In this document: piece by piece, positions 12,086-24,769 of the stretch
Position numbering within the stretch: the first letter of the stretch is position 1
Layout: each line of letters opens with the position of its first letter
NCBI RefSeq assembly: GCF_044704955.1
Contig: NC_091999.1
Span: forward strand, 5,518,001 to 5,582,000
Source: Pristiophorus japonicus
Taxonomy: Eukaryota
Direction of reading: 5' to 3'
DNA: 64,000 nt
Notes under the pieces: model-generated
Databases searched by the model: none
Told to the model about the DNA's origin: nothing
Seen by the model: the letters and a program-made list of their open reading frames with translations, nothing else
Position numbers and translations under genes: made by a program

Positions 12086-12412
12086 TTCTGTTCGTATTAC
12101 AGTTAGATGAAGTAAAGTGGGAGGAGGCTCGTATGGAGCATAAACAGCAGCAACGACCAGTTAGGCCGAATGGTGTGTTTCTGTGATGTAAATTGTATTT
12201 AATTTTCCAGTCCAACTCTTCATTCTCCCACAGAGAAGGATTGCATCCCCCTCTGCTCCGGGCAACTATAAACCGACAGGCCACACAGTGGGGTGGGGGG
12301 AAGGGAGTCGGTTAGAATGCAGCACAAAGCACATTTCTCTCACATCTAACCGCCGGATTCATTGTCTCTGAGATTCTTCAGTTTATTGACCATTAGTTTA
12401 ATTGTGCTGCAG

Positions 12413-12783
12413 CTAAAGGTCTGCGGGAACCGTCCGTGTCTGTCCTCCTGCCCTCGACAGAAGAAGTCTCCACTCAGAGGTTGGTCAGCCTCACCTGCTC
12501 AGTGAGACGTTTCTCCCCCCGAGAAATCTTCATCAAATGGACCGTCAATGACAAGCCGGTGGATTCCGGCAACCACCAGAACACCGAGTTGATAGCGGCA
12601 GCTCGTTCTTCGTGTACAGCCTGTTATCCATTGCAGCGGAGGAGTGGGCCAGCTCTTGTGTGGTGGGACATGAAGCGATCCCCTTGAAGACCACCAGCAG
12701 AACGGTCAATAAATCCAGCGGTAAAGCGAGTTTTGTGAACATTTCCCATTTCCCGGATGGACACCGCCAATTCTTGTCAATAA
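12413..12783 (+). pseudogene. IGHM: IgM CH4 exon plus secretory tail (frameshifted)
   Basis: [11 protein letters not shown]...[22 protein letters not shown]...[25 protein letters not shown]...NKSS. Internal donor GTAAA at 12721. Tail GKASFVNIS../MDTANSCQ* retains the penultimate Cys. Confidence 0.95.
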
Positions 12784-13281
12784 GAGTCTCTCGATTGCAT
12801 CGCAGTTCTTCAATACAAACCCAATAATGGCCTCTTCTTCCAACCGCTCAATTAATTTTGCTTCCCATTTTTGCCAAACGAATGCTGTTTGTCTGAAGCA
12901 GGATATTTGCCGGTCTCGGGCCCAAGGCTAGTAAAACCAGCGCTCCTACATCAAATGCAACACGTGTTAGAGACAGAGTGAAGCTCTTTCATGAGCAGAT
13001 TCCTCCAAGTAACTTCTTCAGCTGGGGGAATCTGAAAAGTTCCCATTTCCGACAGACAAACGCAGCACATTTAAATCTCGATGTCAAAACAGAAAGTGCT
13101 GCCTGTTCCGCTGAGATTTCCAGCACGTTCTGTTTTTATTTCAGATCGCAGCAAATTCACTTTGCTTTTGTAAATTCCGACGTCCCTGTTTCTCCATCCC
13201 TTCAGAATTGGGGCCAGTTTCATTTTGCAGAATTGCACCCTCTGGGATCTGAAATGAGGGCCACACACGAACACGAGCTGT

Positions 13282-13810
13282 ACCTCCCACTGCCCCAGCA
13301 GAGAGAGGGGAAAGGGAAGTTGTTAATCCACTTCCCCAGCAAAGAGTGCGGAAACCCACCCCCCCCCCCAGCACAGAGAGGGGAAAGGGAAGTTGTTAAT
13401 CCACTCCCCCAGCAAAGAGTGCGGAAACCCACCCCCCACCCCCCCAGCACAGAGAGGGGAAAGGGAAGTTGTTAATCCACTCCCCCAGCAAAGAGTGCGG
13501 AAACTCACCCCCCCCCCCCCCAGCACAGAGAGGGGAAAGGGAAGTTGTTAATCCACTCCCCCAGCAAAGAGTGCGGAAACCCCCCCCCACCCCCCCCACC
13601 CCCAGCACAGAGAGGGGAAAGGGCAATTGTTAATCCAATATAATTCTCACTCCCCCGCCAGAGAGAAGAGAAAGGGCCATTACTAACCCACTGTAGATCC
13701 ACTCCCCCAGTTCAGAGATGGAAAAGGGCAATTGTTAAGCTATTGTACCCCCACTACCCCACCAGAGAATGGTGAAATGGCAAATGTAAATCCACAAACC
13801 CCCACCAGAG
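13282..13810. repeat. ~70-bp C-run/purine-run minisatellite, ~5 good copies plus degenerate copies
   Basis: CCACTCCCCCAGCAAAGAGTGCGGAAACC(C)nAGCACAGAGAGGGGAAAGGGAAGTTGTTAAT repeated. Confidence 0.9.
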
Positions 13811-14169
13811 GGCAGTAAGCCGCTTTCTTTTATATGGACTCAGTTGCCATTAGTACAAAGGCAGCTTGTACCTCAGTGTTCGAAGATTAGAAGCTTGCCA
13901 CATGAGAATTAAAGTCTAAAATAACTACTTGTACAATATAATACCTTTAAGTAGGATTTGGGGCGAACTGATTCCTGTTAATCATAAAGAAACCGATTGA
14001 ATTTTCACCGTCCAGTCTAAACTGAATCCTCTGTGAGTTTCTTACGGTTGTGTCTTTGTGTTTATCAGGCGCATCCATTGAATTGCTACATTTCATCGAC
14101 TGATGTTACATTCTATCTCACACAAAACACATTCATTCCTGCTCGGGGATGAATGCGTCTAAGTGTATT

Positions 14170-14660
14170 TGTATGTTGTGTAAGTTTGTGTGTGTGTTTC
14201 CATAAATGCACAATTACACATAAACAGACACATTCTTACATAGAAACACACACATTAACACACTGACATAGAATATTACACATTCGCAGAATGTAATGCA
14301 CACCGTCAGTCTCAGATCCAGTTATTGGCATTGTTTGAAACATTGAACAAATGTAAAAATACACTTACACGCACATGCACATGCACACAAACAGACACAC
14401 TTACACAAAGCACATGTAAAAAGATAGTTATATGCAAACAGTCACAGGCTTAATTAAAAAACATTAACACACTTACGCTAACTATTGCACAAAACGCGCA
14501 CACCTACATAAAAGCGCGCACACACACACATAAACACACATACTTACTGAAATAAACACGCACAAATTAACACACTCACATGAACAAACAAACATCAACT
14601 AAACTAAAAGAAGCGATAGTCATATAAAAAAAACACAAACACTAAAGCCTACACACATAA
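14170..14660. repeat. Degenerate CA-rich low-complexity tract
   Basis: Dense ACAC/ACAT runs. Confidence 0.6.
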
Positions 14661-16545
14661 ACCTCAGGCTATAGACGATGTAGATTAAAATGCACTTTTT
14701 AAGTGGACACAGTCTCCAATAATTGTATTGAATAATCTGCTGTGTTCATGACACCTCAATACTCTCTATCCTGGTCAAACACAAACACTGAATCACGTTT
14801 TTTTGAAAACTGTTCAAAGTTAATATTGTTCAAAGCTTGGCCTTCAAAAATAAACAAATAAGATTGGAACTGACATCCGATTTCTCATCCTGCACCCTTG
14901 AGAGTCTGCAAATAAGTAGCCATCTAATTATTCTGTTAAAATAATCGTTATGAATCAGAAAACCTTCTTCGTTATCTCACTGCAATATTTCCGAATGACA
15001 GATCGGAGGAAATTGAACGTAAATACATTAGCTTCTGACAATGAAGAGAAAATCTAATTATGTACAGCACGAAATGTGCGCAGATCATAAAGAAAGGATG
15101 ACTGGCTGCGGAGTTAGGAACAGAGATAGGTTGCTGAGAGTGATCAACTTAACACAAGCTATACATTGAAAATTAAATTAGAATCATAGAATCATAAAAT
15201 GGTTACAGCACCTAAGAAGGCCTTTGGACCCATGTCAGCACTCTGCAACAGCGCTCCAGCTAGTCCCACTCCCAGCCATTCCCCTTGGCACTGCAATTTG
15301 TTTTCTTTCAGGTAATTATCCAAACACTTTTAAAGCAGTGTTTGTGTCAGCATCCGCCACACTTTCAAAGGCAGTTCATTCCAAAATCCTAACCACTCGC
15401 TGTGTAAAGAAATATTTGCCTTTGACGCCTTTCGTTCTTTTGCCAATCACCTTAAATCGGTTTCCATTGGTTCTCAACGCTTCGGCCAATGGGAAACGTT
15501 TCTCTCTCTCTACTCTGCCAGACTGCTCATGATTTTGAACACCGCGATCAAATCTCCTCTCAAATCGCCTCTGCTCCAAGGAGAACAAGTCCAGCTTCTC
15601 CAGTCTATCCAATTAACTGAATTGCCTGATCCCTGGAATCATTCTCGCAAATCTTTTCTGTACCCAGTCTAAGGCCTTTACAGCCTAACCAAAGTGCGGT
15701 GCCCACAATTGGACACAATACGCCAGTTGAGGCCGAACCAATGTTTTACACAGGTTCATCAGATTCTAGTGCCGCGTATTTGTCAATTCTTATCCCACCC
15801 AGCATCTCCTCTACCTCCTCCTTTACTCTGCCTTTAGCAGCATCTTCTTCCTTGGTGAAGACTGATGCAAAGTACTCATTTAGTACCTCAGCCATACCCT
15901 CTGCCTCCTTGCGCGGGTCTCCTTTTTGATGCCTACTCGGTCCCACCCCTCCTCGTACTACCCGTTTACTATGTATATGCCTGTGGGAGACATTTGAATG
16001 CCCTTTTATGTTAGCTGCCGTTCTATTCTCATACACTCTCCTTTCCACTCTTATTTTCACGTTGACGTGCTTTGACCGTTCTATATTTAGGCTGATTCTC
16101 AGATGAATTCTGGACCTGACATCTGCCATACGCACTCTTTTTCTGCTTCAGCTTACTCTCTATCACTTTCGTCATCCAGGGCGCTCTGATATTAATTGCC
16201 CTGCCTTTCCCCTAGTGGGAATGCACCTCGACTGTACCAGTCTGTAAAGAGATTTCCTCTTTAAAGGCATCCCATTGTTCCACAGCAGTTTTGCCTGACT
16301 ACCTTTGAATCCAATTCACCGGGCCAGATCCATACTCATCCCGCTGAAATTTGCCTTCCTCCAATTAAGTATTTTATTCTAAATTGCTTTCTGTCCTTTT
16401 CCATAGCTTAATCGAAATCTTACAATACTATGACCACTGTTCCCTAAATGTTCACCTGCTGAGACTTGCTCCACTTGACTTACCATATTCCTCAGAACCA
16501 GATCCAGCAATGCCTCCTCCCTCGTTGAGCCAGAAACATACTGAT

Positions 16546-16807
16546 TCGTGATCGGTATTGAAATGTATCCTGGAATGTAATGTGAATGTAAACCTGTTCT
16601 CATCTGCATTTGCACAGTACTACATGTAATGTGATTTACGGATTGTACTAAACTGTACCTTGAAATGAAATACACGCTAGTGCATTGTATGGAACTGCTG
16701 TCAGCATCCAAACAAATTGTATGGAATTGCTTATCGCAAGGTACTGAACTATTTTCCAATGTACTGTGAAAATTTTATATGAATAAAGTATATTTTTGAA
16801 AAAAAAT
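16546..16807 (+). mobile_element. Poly(A) retroelement 3' UTR (L1/Tx1-like) with 12-bp TSD, nested in CR1
   Basis: AAACATACTGAT at 16534-16545 and 16808-16819; AATAAA and A-tail. Confidence 0.8.
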
Positions 16808-17171
16808 AAACATACTGATCAAGAAAGATCTCCTGAACACACCAGAAATTCCTTCCCATCTCTGCCCTTTAGACTATCATCACAGTCTATATTCGAATAG
16901 TTGAAGTCCCCTATTATCACTAATATACTGTTCTTTACACTCACTGTAATTCCTCTGAAAATGTGGTTATGCATATTTTTCCCACTAATTGGTGGTCTGT
17001 AGAATGCAACAAGTTGTGTAATGACACCTTTATTATATATTAACACTAACCAAATAGATTCTATCCTTGACCCTTTCAGGACATCCTCTCTCTCCAGCAC
17101 TGTATCATTCTCCTTGACCAATACTACGCAATACTTCCTATCTGTCCTTCCCTATCTTTCCTGAACACCAT

Positions 17172-17714
17172 CTAAAATCACGATGTGGGAACATTATTAT
17201 CTTTGGATGGCTGAACTATCATGGATTCACCCCACTGAGACCTCCTTTATTCTGTCAGATGGTGATGGGAAGAATGTAACCATGGAAATGACTGATCCAG
17301 TCCAGGTCGGTGATTGGAGCGTGGGCAGATGCAGCAGGACCGGCGAGATCGGGGCGAAGGAGCCGCGAGAGACGGTAGAGGGATATGATCGGGGCCTAGG
17401 GGAGCGTGAGTTCGGGGCCAGGGGTAGCACGGGCCCAGCCCACACTGTGCGATATGTGTGCGCGCTAGGTCCGTACAGTAGAGCAGGTCTCCAGTCGTCT
17501 TGGGTGACTCTTGCCACTGGACCAAGGACTAGCTCTGTCAAGCCCGTGAGGTGGCCCACGTTAAAAAAATCCATGCACAGGCATCTTCCACCATTCAGGA
17601 TGTAGTTCGGGATCTGGAATATTAGGTCCTTCATTGGAACACCTGTGAACTTATCCTTTTTTGGCGTGGAAGCAAGTCATTCTCGTTTCAAGGGACCACC
17701 TATGATGATGATGA
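17172..17714 (+). mobile_element. Non-autonomous retroelement with (TGA)n tail nested in CR1
   Basis: GC-rich body ending GGGACCACCTATGATGATGATGAT; CR1 sequence resumes on both sides. Confidence 0.55.
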
Positions 17715-17956
17715 TATCCAGGAATATTTAATACCCAGTCCTACCCGTTTTGAGCCAGGTCTCCATTGTTGTGGCAACATCATATTCCCATCCGGCTCTT
17801 TGCATCTGCAGCTCAACGACCGTGTTTACTATGCTCTGTGCATTTAGAAAGTAGAGAATAAACTAATACCTTGAGTAAAAGAAAAAGGCAAGGTAATGAT
17901 ATATCCTTATTTCACAAACGATCTGAATATACTTCCGCCTCTATTACATCCCTTAG

Positions 17957-18084
17957 ATTCCTCAGACCATGTGTTGATTGAAGACGATGAAGACAAGAAC
18001 GGCAACATCTGGAGAATCGCTTCCACATTCATCATCCTGTTCTTCCTGAGCATTTCCTGCAGTGCTGCCGTCACTCGAGAGAAG
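17957..18084 (+). pseudogene. IGHM: IgM TM1 exon
   Basis: DSSDHVLIEDDEDKNGNIWRIASTFIILFFLSISCSAAVTREK with AG/GT boundaries; the conserved TM Tyr is replaced. Confidence 0.93.
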
Positions 18085-18230
18085 GTCAGAAGGTTCAATC
18101 CACTCACACTTGGATCTCACTAAAGCAGTTTGACAAATCTCTAAAAGCTTCATTGACCAAAAGAAAATACCCCGAGATGAAAGCCTCAGACCATTAATCT
18201 CCGCGACATTCTTTTATCTCTCTTCTACAG

Positions 18231-18239
18231 GTCAAGTGA
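18231..18239 (+). pseudogene. IGHM: IgM TM2 exon (VK*)
   Basis: Polypyrimidine tract then CAG|GTC AAG TGA; AATAAA at 18303-18308. Confidence 0.88.
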
Positions 18240-18559
18240 ACGTTTGAATTTCGGATGTGGTGGGGTTTCCCCAACTGCTTATTAACATCTCTGTGTCATG
18301 AGAATAAAATATGTCCTCTCGGTGATCCCCACAGTCAAACGCCTTCAGTTAATAGATACGAATCTGTAGCTGAGAAATTTAGAAACGGGATTTCCGTCCT
18401 TCTGTTTGAAATGTGTGAGATAACCATGGCTATAATGTAAATGTATCTCAGAGTTTCACCGTTATTTGACTATTTTTTTGTGTAAATAAGTCACTTTTCT
18501 CGTTCTTCCGTCACAATTATGGCCTTGCTTGAGCCCATGTTTTCTCTCTCTGGTTCCAG

Positions 18560-19028
18560 TGTTGGCTGGACTGACATATGAGGAGAGACTGGATCAACTG
18601 GGCCTTTATACATTGGAGTTTAGAAGGATGAGAGGGGATCTCATAGAAACATATAAGATTCTGACTGGACTGGACAGGTTAGATGCGGGAAGAATGTTCC
18701 CGATGTTGGGGAAGTCCAGAACCAGGGGTCACAGTCTAAGGATAAGGAGCAGGCCATTTAGGACTGAGATGAGGAGAAACGTCTTCACTCAGAGAGTTGT
18801 TAACCTGTGGAATTCTCTACCGCAGAGAGATGTTGATGCCAGTTCATTGGATATATTCAAGAGGGAGTTAGACAGGGCCCTTGCGGCTAAAGGGATCAAG
18901 GGGTATGGAAAGAAAGCAGGAAAGGGGCACTGAAGGAATGATCAGCCATGATCTTATTGAATGGTGGTGCAGACTCGAAGGGCCGAATGGCCTACTCCTG
19001 CACCTATTTTCTATGTTTCTATGTTTCT
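18560..19028 (+). mobile_element. CR1 LINE 3' fragment
   Basis: GLTYEERLDQLGLY...FTQRVVNLWNSLP and (TTTCTATG)n tail. Confidence 0.93.
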
Positions 19029-19549
19029 GTTCCAGTTGTACATATAGCTGACAGCTCAGACCTTCTGTAGTCGGATCGTAATATGATGTTCAATTGTTAT
19101 ATTCACTGTGTGTTAACGTTTCATAAATTACTCTTTAAACTGTTTGCTGTGAATTGTTAATAAATGCGGAATGACAAATGGACTAACTTCGACTTTGCTG
19201 AATTCCTTTCTCCAATGCTGCCCCACACCACTACTTTATCCTGTATCATACATTGTTTTATATTTCCCAGACCGGTAGCTTTAACCCGTCCTATCTTGGT
19301 TTTGTTTGACTGTAATCGCTTCGGTTAGGTAACCACTGCGCCAGTCAGTGTCCCATCAGAGTTAAGATAGCTTTACCTCAGACTTGTTATGTCAGGCCCC
19401 AGAGATGGAATGACAGCACTGTGACCTCGTAGTCCCGTCTAATATTATGGTCTGTTACAGTCACAAGCCAGGTGCTATTAAAGAGCAGTGTTCTATTAAA
19501 GAGCAGGGCGATGCTCCATCATGGCTTGATATATTACAATACACTCTTG

Positions 19550-20355
19550 GAAAGTGTGAGGTTATGCACTAATGCAGAAAAAAATCAAAGAGCAAGTTAT
19601 TATTTAAATGGAGAAAGATTGCAAAGTGCCGCAGTACAGCGGGACCTGGGGGTACTTGTGCATGAAACACAAAAGGTTAATATGCAGGTACAACAAGTGA
19701 TCAGGAAGGCCAATGGAATCTTGGCATTTATTGAACAGGGGATGGAGTATAAAAGCAGGGAAGTCTTGCTACATTTATACCGGGTATTAGTGAGGCCACA
19801 CCTGGAATACTGCGTTCAGTTTTGGTTCCCATATTTAAGAAAGGATTTTTGGAGGCAGTTCAGAGAAGGTTCACTAGTTTGATTCCGGAGATGAGGGGGT
19901 TGACTTATGAGTAAAGGTTGAGTAGGTTGGTCTCTACTCATTGGAATTCAGAAGAATGAGAGGTGATCTTTTAGAAATGTATAAGATTATGAGGGGGCTT
20001 GACAAGCTGGATGCAGAGAAAATGTTTTCACTAATAGGGGAGACTAGAACTAGGGGGCATAATCTTAGAATAGGGGATCGCCCATTTAAAACTGAGATGA
20101 GGAGGAATTTCTTCTCTCAGAGGGTTGTAAATCTGTGGAATTCGCTGCCTCAGAGAGCTGTGGAAGCTGGGTCATTGAATAAATTTGAAACAGAGATAGA
20201 CAGTTTTTTAACCGATAAGGGAATAATGGGTTATGGGGAGCTGGCAGGGAACTGGACCTGAGTCCATGATCGGATCAGCCATGATTGTGTTAAATGGCGG
20301 AGCAGGCTCGAGGGGTCGTATAGCCGACTCCTGCTCCTATTTCTTATCTTCATAT
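19550..20355 (+). mobile_element. CR1 LINE 3' fragment
   Basis: RDLGVLVH...LVRPHLEYCVQFW...RVVNLWNSLP. Confidence 0.93.
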
Positions 20356-20364
20356 GTACATGGC

Positions 20365-22598
20365 AGATTCAAGCTCCCTCCACACTGTCCCATCAAACAC
20401 TTGCAGGGCAGGTAGATTATGGCTTAGATAGAGAATAAAGCTCCCTCTACACTGTCCCATCAAACATTCCCAGGGCAGGTAGAGTATGGCTCAGATAGAG
20501 AATAAAACTCCCTCAACACTGTCCCATCAAACACTCCCAGGGCAGGTACAGCACAGGTTAGATACAGAGTAAAGCTCCCTCTACACGGTCCCATCAAACA
20601 GTCCCAGGACAGGTACAGTATGGGTTAGATATAGGGTAAAGCACCCTCTACACTGTCCTATCAAACACTCCCAGGGCGAGTACAGCACAGATTAGGTGCA
20701 GAGTAAAGCTCCCTCTACACTGTCCCATCAAACACACCCAGGGCGCGTACAGCACGGGGTTAGATACAGAGTAAAGCTCCCTCTACACTGTCCCATCAAA
20801 CACTCCCAGGGCAGGTACAGCACGGGGTTAGATACAGAGATAAAGCTCCCTCTACACTGTCCCCATCAAACACTCCCAGGGCAGGTACAGCACGGGGTTA
20901 GATACAGAGTAAAGCTCCCTCTACACTATCCCATCAAACACTCCCAGGGCATGTACAGCACAGGTTGGTTACAGAGTAAAGCTCCCTCTACACTGTCCCA
21001 TCAAACACTCCCAGGGCAGGTACAGCACGGGGTTAGATACAGAGTAAAGCTCCCTCTACACTGTCCCCATCAAACACTCCCAGGGCAGGTAGAGCACGGG
21101 TTAGATACAGAGGAAAGCTCCCTCTACACTGTCCCATCAAACACTCCCAGGGCAGGTACAGCACGGGGTTAGATACAGAGATAAAGCTCCCTCTACACTG
21201 TCCCCATCAAACACTCCAGGGCAGGTACAGCACGGGGTTAGATACAGAGTAAATCTCCCTCTACACTGACCCATCAAACACTCCCTGGGCAGGTACAGCA
21301 CGGGGTTAGATACAGAGTAAAGCTCCCTCTACACTGTCCCCATCAAACACTCCCAGGGCAGGTACAGCACGGGGTTAGATACAGAGTAACGCTCCCTCCC
21401 CACTGTCCCCATCAAACACTCCCAGGGCAGGTACAGCCCGGGTTAGATACAGAGTAAAGCTCCTTCTACACTGTCCCATCAAACACTCCCAGGGCAGGTA
21501 CAGCGCGGGTTAGATACAGACTAAAGCTCCCTCTACACTGTCCCATCAAACACTCCCAGGGCAGGTACAGCACGGGTTAGATACAGAGTAAAGCTCCCTC
21601 TACACTGTCCCATCAAACACTCCCTGGGCAGGTACAGCACAGATTAGATCCAGAGTAAAGCTCCCTCTACACTGTCCCATCAAACACTCCCAGGGCAGGT
21701 ACAGATCGGGTTAGATACAGAGGAAAGCTCCCTCTACACTGTCCCATCAAACACTCCCAGGGCAGGTACAGCACGGGGTTAGATACAGAGTAAAGCTCCC
21801 TCTACACTGTCCCATCAAACACTCCCAGGGCAGGTACAGCACGGGGTTAGATACAGAGATAAAGCTCCCTCTACACTGTCCCCATCAAACACTTCCAGGG
21901 CAGGTACAGCACGGGGTTAGATACAGAGTAAAGCTCCCTCTACACTATCCCATCAAACACTCCCAGGGCATGGACAGCACAGGTTAGTTACAGAGTAAAG
22001 CTCTCTCTACACTGTCCCATCAAACACTCCCAGGGCAGGTACAGCACGGGGTTAGATACAGAGTAAAGCTCCCTCTACACTGTCCCCATCAAACACTCCC
22101 AGGGCAGGTACAGCACGGGTTAGATACAGAGGAAAGCTCCCTCTACACTGTCCCATCAAACACTCCCAGGGCAGGTACAGCACGGGGTTAGATACAGAGT
22201 AAAGCTCCCTCTACACTGTCCCATCAAACACTCTCAGGGCAGGTACAGGGGGTTAGACACAGAGTAAAGCTCCCTCTACACTGTCCCATCAAACACTCCC
22301 AGGGCAGGTACAGCACGGGGTTAGATACAGAGTAAAGCTCCCTCTACACTGTCCCATCAAACACTCCCAGGGCAGGTACAGCACGGGGTTAGATACAGAG
22401 TAAAGCTCCCTCTACACTGTCCCATCAAACACTCTCAGGGCAGGTACAGCACGGGGTTAGATACAGAGTAAAGCTCCCTCTACACTGTCCCATCAAACAC
22501 TCTCAGGGCAGGTACAGCACGGGGTTAGATACAGAGTAAATCTCCCTCTACACTGTCCCCATCAAACACTCCCAGGCAGGTACAACATGGGTTAGATA
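20365..22598. repeat. ~68-bp tandem satellite, ~33 copies
   Basis: AGAGTAAAGCTCCCTCTACACTGTCCCATCAAACACTCCCAGGGCAGGTACAGCACGGGGTTAGATAC units. Confidence 0.97.
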
Positions 22599-23239
22599 GC
22601 TGACAGAGATACATTAGGGACCACAAAACCTCGAAATTATGCTAAGAGTCTGTAGCGTATCCGAGTTGCAGCCTGACTCGCTGCAGTTTTTTTTTTGCAC
22701 ACACATAAACTCTCTTCACTTTTTTGTTAAACGCACAACTTAACTCTCTCTCTCCAACTGTTCTGTTACACACACGTACTCACTCTCCAGCTTTTGTGTT
22801 ATACTCACTCAGACACACTCCACTTGACTGTTATATACGCACAGATTCTCGCCCAACATTTCTGTTACACATACAGACTCTCTGCATCTGTTCTTTCATA
22901 GACGCACACAGACACCCAAGACTGAGAGGGGAAAAAAAAGAGATTGTATTTGGGCGAGAGGACATGCGCGATCACGTGGTGTCCACAGGTGTATCCACAG
23001 CCTACTGCGCCCGCTGGGATGCATTAGATCCAGGTTGTATGATGGATGAACAAAAATCGAATTCATTCTAGTGAGCGATTGGAGCCCCCCTCCCTCTCGG
23101 GGAGGGCACTATAGAATGCATTTTCTGTTTTGGATTTGCCCCTTTAAAGGAGTGCAAATTCTAAATAGCGGGCACAGACCAATAAAAGTCCAATAAAATT
23201 CTGAGTCAGACCCTATGTCTTCTGTATACCTGACGAGCT

Positions 23240-23575
23240 TACTCACTGCTCTCCTCCATTCCCTCTGGTACCATCTCCCTGAACTCACTGAACATCACCC
23301 AGGGGTCATTTGTCACTGCTCTGCTCAATACCCTCTGAGACCATCGACTTGAATTCAGTGAACATCACACCAGGGATCCTTTATCCCTGCTCTGCCCAAT
23401 TCCCTCTGACACCATCTCCATGAACTCTCTGATCATCACCCCAGGGATCTTTTCTCCCTGCACTCTTCCATTCCCTCTGATAGCACCTCCCAATGAAGTC
23501 ATTGATGACGGCCTAGGGATCCTAACGCCCTGCTCTGCTCCTTTCCCTTTTATACCTTCTACCTGATCTCACCCC
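23240..23575. repeat. Degenerate ~70-bp tandem repeat, ~5 copies
   Basis: CTGCTCT...TTCCCTCTG..ACCATCTCC.TGAACTC.CTGAACATCACCC.AGGG units. Confidence 0.65.
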
Positions 23576-24034
23576 AGTGTTCCACCAGTTATATTCAGCT
23601 CTCCGCTCTCTGTTTCCCTGTAATTTTGCTCCAGGTCCTTCGCCGATATTCGGACTCTTTCGGTGCCTCCCGGCCACGGGAATATCTCAAGCGGCTCCTG
23701 GCCCGACCAAGTATCCAACGGCATTTTTCTTGCGATGCAGCGCTCTGAACTCTTATTGTTCCGGCGGGAGGCCTTCTTTGGTCGGGGTCGAGGAAGGGAA
23801 TAATTAAGCGGCCCTTCTGAAGGGCTGGGAAGGAACTTTGGCAATTGCTGGAGTTGCTCTTGAAACTATGTCGCTACCCCAATCCCTGCCACGGCCCGCG
23901 AAGTGGCAATTAGATTTAACCACTGTCGCTCGACCCTGTTTCCAATCCCCCCGCTCGGCATTTAGGGTTAGGGTTAGGGTTAAATGCCGAGGGAATCTCG
24001 GAAGGTGCAGAGCCCAAGTGAAGCCGGGGTCACA

Positions 24035-24543
24035 ACTCTTTTGGTTGTAATCAAATTAAACAAATAAGACAAGTGCCTCTCTGATTAAAGGGGGAGGACA
24101 CTCCAAACATTTTTCAAGTGCCCTTTTTTTTCCCTTTCTTTGTTTTTTTTTGTGTTTTTTGTGGGTTTTTTTTTAGAGCTCCGAGAGGCAAATTATACTA
24201 GTGCCCCCTGACACTAAAACCAGAAATAAAAACAAATTAAACTTTAAAACATATAAAACCAAATTAAAATTTGGTTGCCGGGGGTGACGATGCACTCCAG
24301 TCCCTCCGGTGCACACCTCTGGCGGAAGGCCACGAGCGTACCAGTGGACACCGTGTGCTCCATCTCTAAGGACACCCTGGCGCTGATGTATGCACGGAAG
24401 AGAGGCAGGCAGTCGGGTTGAACGACCCCCTCGACCGCCCGCTGCCTGGACCGACTGATGGCACCCTTGGCCGTGCCCAGGAGCAGTCTTACGAGGAAGC
24501 CCTCGGACCGACCCGCTCCCCTCCGCACAGGGTGCTCCCGCCA
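24035..24543 (-). mobile_element. Tx1-clade non-LTR retrotransposon ORF2 C-terminus plus 3' UTR
   Basis: LLLGTAKGAISRSR...DCLPLFRAYISARVSLE motif followed by an A-rich UTR. Candidate 8-bp TSD GGGTCACA at 24027-24034 and 24544-24551. Confidence 0.75.
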
Positions 24544-24769
24544 GGGTCACAGCCCTGAGCGACGGGTCACAGGTGGCACACACTGAGCGGAATCTGGAGA
24601 CTACCCGTGACATTTGACCCTGAATGAACGTGAAAGAAAAACAGCAAATCGCGATGCTGTGACGCGTGGAATGCATTGTGGCGTCATCCAGTGCAGGACA
24701 AAGAGGCGGAGCTCATCGAAAGGTTCTCCTGGAGTGCAGCACCGCCCGTGGTCGACATATGGTCATAAG

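Larger units (their letters stand above)
15181..17830 (-). mobile_element. CR1 LINE fragments (3' end, and endonuclease/linker region) with two nested insertions
   Basis: Minus-strand ORFs LFSLEQRR, EYFASVFTKEED, TREEALLDLVL, YRPP...IIGDFNY. Confidence 0.88.
1615..18239 (+). pseudogene. IGHM: Germline-joined immunoglobulin mu heavy-chain (IgM) cluster pseudogene: L-VDJ-CH1-CH2-CH3-CH4/sec-TM1-TM2
   Basis: All exons are present in order with GT/AG boundaries. There are stop codons in the leader and J, and frameshifts or deletions in V, CH2, CH3, CH4 and the secretory tail. Translations closely resemble horn-shark IgM C region as recalled. Confidence 0.95.

Noticed and set aside
1615-18239. 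IgW, IgNAR or a CH2-less IgM1gj orthologue
   Set aside because: There are four mu-type CH exons including CH2, with IgM-type secretory tail and TM.
20365-22598. CRISPR-like regular repeats
   Set aside because: Head-to-tail satellite without unique spacers, in vertebrate DNA.
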